A model generated the notes under the pieces. The model saw only the letters and a program-made list of their open reading frames with translations. It searched no databases and was not told the origin of the DNA. Shown here piece by piece: positions 41,582-48,836 of a DNA stretch of 64,000 nt (position 1 is its first letter; each line of letters opens with the position of its first letter). The stretch is from Peptococcaceae bacterium. Its GTDB lineage: Bacteria > Bacillota > Dehalobacteriia > UBA4068 > UBA4997. Location of the stretch: the NCBI GenBank assembly GCA_022797295.1, contig JAAWKH010000007.1, positions 1,338 to 65,337 of the forward strand, written 5' to 3'. The translations under genes and the position numbers were made by a program.

Positions 41582-41616
41582 CAGCCTGGGCCTAAGCTGT
41601 GCCTTAAAACAGAATA

Positions 41617-41688
41617 GAAAAACCCCCGCTGCAACGGGGGTTTTTCGCTGTACATTTTGTGATTCAATGAACTTATTAATTTATTTCC
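41617..41688 (-). ncRNA. Putative antitoxin antisense sRNA, cassette 6.
   Basis: Promoter TTGACA(41723-41718)-N17-TATAAT(41700-41695). It contains GTGATTCAATGAACTTATTAATTTA, complementary to the toxin TIR GTGATTTAATGAACTTATTAATTTC. Confidence 0.55.
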
Positions 41689-41815
41689 ACCATTATTATA
41701 CCACCCGCTCACCCTTTTGTCAATACAAAAATCATCCTCCCATTTCTGAGAGGATGACTTCTTTATCTTAGTGCTTTGCGCGAGCACAAGATTAATCTTC
41801 GTTTTACTTGCTGTT

Positions 41816-41950
41816 AACCCCGCAAGTACAGGTTTGAGTAAAATTTTTAATCGTCGTTTTCAATTTTTACGCCTTGCGGCGGAGCTTGCCTATTTTTGCC
41901 CCCGGCAAGCTCAAGGGGAGCTGCCCCTAATTTTAAAACCGGGCCGGTTT
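41816..41950 (+). repeat. About 146-bp structured repeat element, copy 2, after cassette 6 at the 3' flank of the array.
   Basis: Same element as 40776-40921. Here the long stem is perfect (GAGCTTGCC...GGCAAGCTC). Confidence 0.75.
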
Positions 41951-42183
41951 ATGATTCAATTTTATTTCCGACTTCCAATATTTCCTCGCCTTACGCCCAC
42001 CAGCTGAGCAGGCCGGCAGACAGAGAGGCTAGTGTAAGGCCAGAAAATCTAGCGGGAAAGCCGGTTTTTCAACCTTTCCGTCAAGCCAATCTCTTTGGCT
42101 CCGTCAGAAGCCTTAGAGATAGCTTCTATTATCGTTGGCTGATAGTAACGGAAAGTTTTTGCCTTACGATAGGATTTAAATGC

Positions 42184-45100
42184 TTATTTCTCAGTAACCT
42201 GAACAGTAATTACCAATGTTGTAACATTCTTGGTCAAATTAACAGAACGACGGTTTGCACCAACCAAAGAAATGGTGGTTCCATCTGCCTCTGCATTAAT
42301 AGGAGTAATAGTTTGACCGTTAGCCAAGCCAGAGAAACTAAAAGTATAGGTATTGCCATCCTGTTTGCCAGGAGTAATTCTTAAACTACCTGCCTGTACC
42401 TCATCACCATCGGCATTAACAACCTTCAAATTCAGGTTGGTAACACTATATGTGGTAGGTGTAGTAGTACCGTTGTTATCAGAATCAGCTTTGTAGCTAT
42501 GATAATCATCAACCAGAACTACTTCAGCATAGCTATCCTTGTTGATAACAGGAACATATACATAGGAGTTGCGAGAGATGTCACTCAAAGCACCTTCAAC
42601 ATAATCACCGCTCTTAGCGTCAATTACAAATACCTGAGTATTAGCGTCTGTCATAATGCTGTTTCTATAAACATCATTCTGATGACCTTCAGAAGCAGAT
42701 TTGTCCTCAGCAACATAAATACCTTTATCAGCAAAGCTAATCAAGCCACTGTTGAAGCCAATAACCTGTTTTGCATAACTGGACAAACCATGATCATTTG
42801 CATAAGAGTACACAGGCTCAATCTTTTCACCGCTCAGAGTGTAAACAATGAAAGCGTCAGCCTTAGAAGGTTCACCTTTAGCACTATTTGTAGCAGTATT
42901 CCAAGCCAATTCATAGGTTTCCTCATCGCCTACCAACGTAATAGCATGATCATTATCATAATCACGGAAGTTGTAAGCTTTAACGATACCATAATGATAC
43001 TTGGTATTGCTAGCGTCAGTGTAAGCCAAAACTTTAATTGCACCATTGGTGTTCAAATCATAAACTGCATATGCAGGCAGATTCTTAGGAACATTAGTAC
43101 CATCCAAAGTAACGTTTTCAACCTCAACAGGAGTAAAGTCGCCACCACCCAACAAAGCGGAACGTGTTACCAAAGAGGGATCAATATCAGTTTTGTCATT
43201 ACCAACTTCAAAAATGATTACATTAGAAGCCAATGCAAAAGATTTACCTGCGGTATCAACCAAGTAAGCGTTGTTCTTAACTTCAATTTCGCCAGCTTTG
43301 CCTTCTTTAGCAGTAAAGTCAAGACTCTTTTCGCCTGTTTCTTTAATTACTTCAAAGTTCTTGATTTCACCATTAGCATTCAGCTTATACTTAGCCAAAC
43401 GACCCATAATGGTATAAGCATCATCATCAGTGGGTTTGCCGTCCATGTTCTTTTCAAAATCATAGGTTACGGTATTGCCTTCCTGAGTAAACAAAGTAAT
43501 GGAAGACATGTTCTTAGCCCAGCTACCGCCATTGCCGCCACCATCAACAATAATACCGTACAAGGTAGTACCAGTAGAGGTTTCGTCAACAATAATAGCA
43601 GCCACAGTGTTATCCTTGTTCAGGATGTAACGAATGTTGTTGTTGTAAACATCTTCAATGCTTACATCGGAGTCGTTCAAATCTTCTTCATAGAAGTTAA
43701 TGCTAATTACAGTAGTGTTATTTTCTGTATCTTCCTGAGCACTATTAGGAACAACATAAGATTTGCCGCCAACAGTAATCTTCTGAGTGGATTCGGTCCA
43801 TCTGGTCAAAGTACCATTAGCGTCAGCAACTTTAACATACAAGTCGCCTTCAGCGATTTCACGAACAGCGTCGCCTACCTTCAAATCAGAAGGAGAAATG
43901 AACTTATCGCCATCGTAAATCAAAGTATCAGCATCGCTCATATTTACAGTCTTGGTCTTAGTACCAACCAATCTTGCAGAGGAAGCACTTACGGATTTGA
44001 TATAATAAGTTTTCTCTTCAAAATCCTTATCAGATCTAACCATATAAACTTGGTCGTCATCATTAAAGTACAAGCTGTAGTTAGTATTCTTGCTAGATAC
44101 AGCACCGTTGTTTTTGTCTGTATTACCAGTAGAAGGAGCATTAGTTCCCCAATCAACGGTATTAGCAGCATTGTAATTGGTTTTGTTCACCTGTACTCTG
44201 CTACCACTTTCAGTAGCTTTAGGAGTATCGGTAACGGTCTGAACATAAGATTCAACCTCAATGAAACGAGCATACAGCTTGCCATCATTGCCTTTTACAT
44301 AGTAAACTTTGCCCTGATGATTTTCCAAATTAAACAAATCGGTAGCATTATAGGATACAGCGGTATCTTTATCAACAATCAAAGTACCCTTGAAATTAAC
44401 CGGTCTGTTATAAGTGGATGTAACACCATTAGTAGTAACCTGCTCTGCTTCCAAAACTTTGCCTACGTTCCAATTCAATGTCTGAGCAGAAACGTCACGC
44501 AGTTGGTCAATCTGGAAAAAGCTGTTTACTTCAATGTAGCTGCCCTCAAAGCTGTCAGCCAACAGCGTTACAGCCTGAGAATTGGTGATACCAATCTGTT
44601 TCTTTACGAACTCGTTGGTGTCCTTATCATAAGTAACCAAGTCAGAGTCCAGAGTTTCGCTCAGCATAACAACGATGTCGCCACGTTTAGCAGCAGCAGA
44701 AGCCACGATGTTTACATCGTCCAGAATGTTGATCTGGTTAGCTTTGGTAACATAGTTTACCGGCCAGCTGCCAGTCAGGTTGTCGTTGTAGCCCAGCAGA
44801 CGCAACATAACAGTGATTGCTTCCTGGTTGGAGATGGTATCGTTAGGACGGAAGTTGCCATTAGCGTCGCCCTTAAAGATGCCCAAGCTTTCACCTGCAT
44901 TAATCCAGCCAGTGTACCAGCTGTTAGCTTTAACGTCTTTGAAGCTGCTGGCATTAGCCTCCAGCATAGTTGCGGTGTCTTTAGCGCCCGCAGCGGTCAC
45001 AGCAATTTTAGCAAACTCAGCACGGGTAATTGTCTTATCCGGACCAAATGTGCCATCTTCGTAACCTTCAATAATGCCCAATGCAACGGCTTTCTTGATA

Positions 45101-45216
45101 GCATCCTGCTCCACAACCGGGCGCTCGGAGATGTCGCTGAAAGTAGCTGCGTAGGCACTGGCAGAGAATGCAAACATCATTACAACTGCCAAAAGAACTA
45201 CGAGTTTCTTTTTCAT
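42184..45216 (-). CDS. SLH-domain cell-surface protein (1010 aa); candidate S-layer protein.
   Basis: GGAGGAAACAGG RBS and signal peptide MKKKLVVLLAVVMMFAFSASAYA. Three SLH motifs follow (e.g. DGTFGPDKTITRAEFAKIAV; NGNFRPNDTISNQEAITVM), then a long T/N/S/G/D/V-rich beta-type region. Codon bias is extreme: no TTA, CTA or TCA codons in more than 900 codons. A long leader of about 680 nt with no ORF precedes it. Confidence 0.85.
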   Translation of the reverse strand: MKKKLVVLLAVVMMFAFSASAYAATFSDISERPVVEQDAIKKAVALGIIEGYEDGTFGPDKTITRAEFAKIAVTAAGAKDTATMLEANASSFKDVKANSWYTGWINAGESLGIFKGDANGNFRPNDTISNQEAITVMLRLLGYNDNLTGSWPVNYVTKANQINILDDVNIVASAAAKRGDIVVMLSETLDSDLVTYDKDTNEFVKKQIGITNSQAVTLLADSFEGSYIEVNSFFQIDQLRDVSAQTLNWNVGKVLEAEQVTTNGVTSTYNRPVNFKGTLIVDKDTAVSYNATDLFNLENHQGKVYYVKGNDGKLYARFIEVESYVQTVTDTPKATESGSRVQVNKTNYNAANTVDWGTNAPSTGNTDKNNGAVSSKNTNYSLYFNDDDQVYMVRSDKDFEEKTYYIKSVSASSARLVGTKTKTVNMSDADTLIYDGDKFISPSDLKVGDAVREIAEGDLYVKVADANGTLTRWTESTQKITVGGKSYVVPNSAQEDTENNTTVISINFYEEDLNDSDVSIEDVYNNNIRYILNKDNTVAAIIVDETSTGTTLYGIIVDGGGNGGSWAKNMSSITLFTQEGNTVTYDFEKNMDGKPTDDDAYTIMGRLAKYKLNANGEIKNFEVIKETGEKSLDFTAKEGKAGEIEVKNNAYLVDTAGKSFALASNVIIFEVGNDKTDIDPSLVTRSALLGGGDFTPVEVENVTLDGTNVPKNLPAYAVYDLNTNGAIKVLAYTDASNTKYHYGIVKAYNFRDYDNDHAITLVGDEETYELAWNTATNSAKGEPSKADAFIVYTLSGEKIEPVYSYANDHGLSSYAKQVIGFNSGLISFADKGIYVAEDKSASEGHQNDVYRNSIMTDANTQVFVIDAKSGDYVEGALSDISRNSYVYVPVINKDSYAEVVLVDDYHSYKADSDNNGTTTPTTYSVTNLNLKVVNADGDEVQAGSLRITPGKQDGNTYTFSFSGLANGQTITPINAEADGTTISLVGANRRSVNLTKNVTTLVITVQVTEK

Positions 45217-45892
45217 TTTCCTGTTTCCTCCTTATAAAGTTGGTGTAACGTTGACATCGGCTTCACGCAAGCCGATTTCTTCAAGCGCTCCCGCCAGCCC
45301 GTCGAATCTCCTTGTCCTTTTCAAAGGGCAACCCCTCATCAAGGCTTTTCAATTCCCGGCGAATTCGCTTTTCACCATAATTACATCCCTCGGTTCAAAA
45401 AACTTGCAGCTTTTTCAAAACTTTTTCAATTTTTTTTGAACAAGTTCTCCACAAGCTCCAAAACCAAGGCCCAACTTCACTTCCCGCAATTCCCCCGAGG
45501 CCGCCTAGCAACCTCCAGGCTGCCGCGCCAGCTTCGTTTTGCCGAATAACGAACCCCACGCAACCAACCCCCAGTCAACTTGGCGGTTTTGCAAAATCTG
45601 CGCAGCAAGCAAAGCCTGTCCTTATGTAGTGAAGAAAACGGTCAAACCTCCACCAATATCATATATATACTATCATATTACGCAAAAAAAAACAACCCTT
45701 TTTCCACAAAAAAATTAATTACACTCCTAGCAATTTACAATATATCTGCAAATTTTAATTTATCTGAAACACAAACCCAAGCAAACGTGATCATGTCAAC
45801 CGGCTTATTCCACAAACTTTCCACCACGCGCCCCACAAATCAACCCGCCAAACCCCTTGGCAAATCCGCCCCGCCAGTGCTATAATAACATC

Positions 45893-45968
45893 AGAATGAA
45901 AACAACGGGTTCATTTTATCACAAAAAAATGCGGAACGAAAAACCCCCGTGCCAGCGGGGGTTTTTAT
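45893..45968 (+). ncRNA. Putative antitoxin antisense sRNA for the minus-strand toxin at 46007-46096 (cassette 7).
   Basis: Plus-strand promoter TTGGCA(45857-62)-N18-TATAAT(45881-86) with a TGn extension. It contains TTCATTTTATCACAAAAAAATGCGGAACG, whose complement matches the toxin TIR, and ends at terminator AAAAACCCCCGTGCCAGCGGGGGTTTTT (45939-45968). Confidence 0.55.
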
Positions 45969-46006
45969 GTTGTTTATATGTAGGCACAACCTTAAGCCTA
46001 GGCTAA

Positions 46007-46096
46007 TTACCGCCGTCTGTCGTCCAGCCATTTGCAAATGCAATAGGAGATTACATTTACCAAGACACCAGTGACTATTGTAATTAACGGGTCCAT
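46007..46096 (-). CDS. Fst/par-like type I toxin peptide, cassette 7: MDPLITIVTGVLVNVISYCICKWLDDRRR.
   Basis: Minus strand, with RBS GAGGTGATAAG and a TGTTATATT extended -10-like box upstream at about 46120-46135 on the minus strand. Same peptide family. Confidence 0.65.
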   Translation of the reverse strand: MDPLITIVTGVLVNVISYCICKWLDDRRR

Positions 46097-46196
46097 CTTA
46101 TCACCTCAAATCTGCCTGAGGCGATAACTATATCTAATATAACACATTTTTCAACAAATTACAATTATAAATCTTATCTCGGACAATCCGAACATC

Positions 46197-46225
46197 TTGA
46201 CACAACCCCAAACCCGTGCTATAAT
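46197..46225 (+). promoter_or_regulatory. Consensus sigma-70 promoter (TTGACA-N17-TGcTATAAT) for the cassette-8 antitoxin RNA.
   Basis: TTGACACAACCCCAAACCCGTGCTATAAT read directly. Confidence 0.6.
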
Positions 46226-46231
46226 ATTAGC

Positions 46232-46313
46232 AGAGAATAATAGTAAGAGCATTTTTATCACAAAAAAATGCAAAACAAAGAACCCTGGCTGATTAGCGTC
46301 CCGGGGTTCTTTT
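46232..46313 (+). ncRNA. Putative antitoxin antisense sRNA, cassette 8.
   Basis: Downstream of the promoter above. It contains GCATTTTTATCACAAAAAAATGC, whose complement matches the cassette-8 toxin TIR GGTGATAAAAATGTTCT, and ends at terminator AGAACCCTGGCTGATTAGCGTCCCGGGGTTCTTTT. Confidence 0.5.
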
Positions 46314-46354
46314 ATGCTGTTTATATGTAGGCACAGCCTTAAGCCTAGGCTGAG

Positions 46355-46554
46355 TCATCGCCTTCTGCTATTCAGCCATTTTAAAGTGAAACTCAGTGAA
46401 ATCAAGCCGCAGGTGCAGATTGAACTGTAGTTGAACTAATGCCATAGTGCAACCAATTAAAATGAAATCCACTTTGTGATTTTCTATGGCAGATAATATA
46501 GTAGGAAGCCACATTACCCACAACTGCAGCGGCTATTGAGAAAAGTAAGAACAT
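46355..46554 (-). pseudogene. Fst/par-like toxin gene (cassette 8) disrupted by an insertion of about 110 bp.
   Basis: The N-terminus MFLLFSIAAAVVGNVASYYII is intact. After ATTATC a foreign segment of about 110 bp (46381-46491, containing the palindrome TGCCATAG...CTATGGCA) intervenes. The original C-terminus KWLNSRRR* (AAATGGCTGAATAGCAGAAGGCGATGA) lies out of frame at 46355-46381. Confidence 0.6.
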
Positions 46555-46677
46555 TTTTATCACCTCCAATCTGCCTGAGGCGATAACTATATCTAATATA
46601 ACACATTTTTCAACAAATTACAATTAAAAAGGAGCAAAAGGCAATTCCAAGCTTTTGCTCCTTTTTTTAATATTCTA

Positions 46678-47307
46678 TTATCTCTCCGCCGCCAGTTGCG
46701 CCTCATCATCACCAGACGCATATTTTGCCGCCAGATCCGTGTGCAAATCAAGCAGCTGATAATAAAGCTGCTCGTCCGGCATACTATAAGCGCGGCAATC
46801 TCTCACCAAGCGCGCGGGCCGGGCGTCAATGTAAATTTCGCTGCCATTCTTCAAGCTAACTAAAAAACGTACAGCCTCCGCCCGCGTCCGGCTCAAATAA
46901 TCTGAGCTTAACAAATCATCATAAGGATTGCAATAAGCCACTTGCTGAACCAGTTCCACAACACGCTTCGCGTCAGCTTCGTCAAGTAAACTATATTCGT
47001 CTATATGCCGGTCATCATAATACAATTTAACACTTTGCACCTGCGACAACTGCAAATCCGCATAAGATTCCACCACGCCGCCCTGCATAAACTGCCAACC
47101 GCAAACAACCAACACAAAGGATAAACCGAACAAGGCCAGTCCAGAGCGACAAATTACCTTATGAGCCCGCGGCTTACGCAGCCAATAACCAACCAACATC
47201 CAAGCAAAGGCCAATGGCGGTAGCCAAAAAAGCAATTTCGCTAAAATAGGGTGCGGAGTAAAGTCCGCAGAAATAATTGCGCTCCACCCTGCCACCACTA
47301 AAATCAC
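46678..47307 (-). CDS. Hypothetical membrane protein, paralog 3 of a tandem triplet (2 N-terminal TM helices plus a C-terminal domain ending DDEAQLAAER).
   Basis: 209 aa. Shares architecture and the C-terminal motif with the two upstream genes. Confidence 0.55.
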   Translation of the reverse strand: MILVVAGWSAIISADFTPHPILAKLLFWLPPLAFAWMLVGYWLRKPRAHKVICRSGLALFGLSFVLVVCGWQFMQGGVVESYADLQLSQVQSVKLYYDDRHIDEYSLLDEADAKRVVELVQQVAYCNPYDDLLSSDYLSRTRAEAVRFLVSLKNGSEIYIDARPARLVRDCRAYSMPDEQLYYQLLDLHTDLAAKYASGDDEAQLAAER

Positions 47308-47373
47308 ATCAAAAAAACAAAGCCCAGAAAACCAGCTTCTGCAACCTGGTCATCACAATCACACTCCTTTAGC

Positions 47374-48075
47374 CTATTCCGCCGCCAACTGCGCGCCGTC
47401 GTCTGCCGGAATATATTTCGGCAGCAGCTCATCATAAAGCGCTTTTAAATCCTGGCAAACCTGCTCATCTGCGGCAAGATAGGCCGTATCGTCGCTGAAA
47501 ATATAGTATGGTGGGCACATACCCACGCCACCTTTTCGCCAACCCTTTTCTGTGTGCACGCTAAAGTGAATATATGGCTCGCCGGCCGCCTCCAGCTCAT
47601 CCCTAACTTGCTGAAAGCTGAACTTTGGCCTGTTCATCTTAACCTGCTGCAACAGCTCCGACACCTGTTTCGCGTCCGCAAAGGAAAGCTGAGCGTGCTC
47701 AAAGCTTTGTTCTGGCTGGTCACTGTAATAATATATGTAAACCTCCAGTCCCTCAGCCTCCTGCACATCCAAGTAAGGCTGCCAATCCCTGGCATGCACA
47801 GGCCCCCAACTGCTAATCAAAGCTACTAATGCCAGACCGAATACAAACAAGCCAGAGCAGCAAATACCACTCTGTAAACAGGGCTTCTTCATCATACAGC
47901 CAATAAACAATAGCACGACCGCCAGCAAAGGACACCAAAACAGCACATCCAAAAGCAGCTTGTTCATACCCATATTTTCGGCAATAACCCAATTACCTAA
48001 ACAAAAGATAAAAAGAAACGGCGTAAACATAAACGCAAAAATCGCAAATCTTTTCGCAATCGTCATCACAACCAC
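47374..48075 (-). CDS. Hypothetical membrane protein, paralog 2 of the tandem triplet (ends DDGAQLAAE).
   Basis: 233 aa. The N-terminus MVVMTIAKRFAIFAFMF is similar to paralog 1. Confidence 0.55.
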   Translation of the reverse strand: MVVMTIAKRFAIFAFMFTPFLFIFCLGNWVIAENMGMNKLLLDVLFWCPLLAVVLLFIGCMMKKPCLQSGICCSGLFVFGLALVALISSWGPVHARDWQPYLDVQEAEGLEVYIYYYSDQPEQSFEHAQLSFADAKQVSELLQQVKMNRPKFSFQQVRDELEAAGEPYIHFSVHTEKGWRKGGVGMCPPYYIFSDDTAYLAADEQVCQDLKALYDELLPKYIPADDGAQLAAE

Positions 48076-48086
48076 ACTCCTTTAGC

Positions 48087-48755
48087 CTATTCCGCCGCCA
48101 ACTGCGCCTCATCACCCTCTGGTGTATATTTCACTATCAGCTCCGCGTAAAGGCTTTGCAAGGCCAAGCCCACCTCAGGGTTGGCCGCTTCATAACAACA
48201 CCCGCCGCAAAAATAGTAATTATCTATCACGCCCAAGGAATAAGCCTTGTCATCAGCCAAACGCACTAAAAATCTGCCACGCTCACCTAAGGCGTCCTCT
48301 GGATAGGGAACCCAATCCCCGTCAATCGCCGGATTGCGCAGCTTCACCTGCTGCATAAGCTCCAGCACCTGCTTCGCGTCCTCGTCCGCCAATGCTTGCC
48401 CTTTGTCATTATCCAGCTGCACGCTCAGCACCTGAACCGTTTGCAAATCAGCATAGGGCCGCCAAACTCCATTAAACTTGTAATTAAATCCCCAGGCCGT
48501 GCTAGCCATCGCCAGCGCAAACAACAACACACCGGCCACGCAAACCTTTTGCCCACGGCCGCCGTCTTTCATATTGTAACCTACCAGCATTACCAAAAAG
48601 GCAACAATTAACAAAGTTTGAATAAGCAGCCAGGCTGCAAACAAATTATCCAACGCACAGCCAAAGCCAATCCCAATAAAAGTCAAAAAACCAACAATCG
48701 GCGCCACAATTAACCCTAACGCACAAATCCTTTTCGCAATCGTCATCACTATCAC
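48087..48755 (-). CDS. Hypothetical membrane protein, paralog 1 of the tandem triplet (ends GDEAQLAAE).
   Basis: 222 aa. The N-terminus MIVMTIAKRICALGLIV, 2 TM helices, a conserved QQVK..NP block and the C-terminal motif. Confidence 0.55.
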   Translation of the reverse strand: MIVMTIAKRICALGLIVAPIVGFLTFIGIGFGCALDNLFAAWLLIQTLLIVAFLVMLVGYNMKDGGRGQKVCVAGVLLFALAMASTAWGFNYKFNGVWRPYADLQTVQVLSVQLDNDKGQALADEDAKQVLELMQQVKLRNPAIDGDWVPYPEDALGERGRFLVRLADDKAYSLGVIDNYYFCGGCCYEAANPEVGLALQSLYAELIVKYTPEGDEAQLAAE

Positions 48756-48836
48756 TCCTTTATACCATATTTGCCCCTATTATAGCAAAGAGGAGCGCAT
48801 TTGTCAACGAATGCGCTCCTCTGATAATATTTTGTT

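Noticed and set aside
39100-41700. Regularly spaced ~440-bp repeats that could be mistaken for a CRISPR array or rRNA/IS repeats.
   Set aside because: The repeat units are far longer than CRISPR repeats, the 'spacers' are themselves conserved, and each unit contains a promoter-RBS-ORF-terminator set. They are tandem gene cassettes (type I TA), not CRISPR. No cas genes are present.
42499-45237. A 912-aa ORF on the plus strand.
   Set aside because: It is the exact codon-aligned mirror of the minus-strand SLH/S-layer gene. It exists only because that gene never uses TTA, CTA or TCA codons. It has no RBS, its I/N/S/V/F-rich translation is low-complexity nonsense, and the sense-strand gene has a signal peptide and SLH domains. 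It is informative only as evidence of codon bias.
45580-45885. A 101-aa plus-strand ORF in the S-layer upstream region.
   Set aside because: No RBS, a low-complexity translation, and it lies in what is better explained as the long 5' leader/promoter region of the minus-strand S-layer gene.
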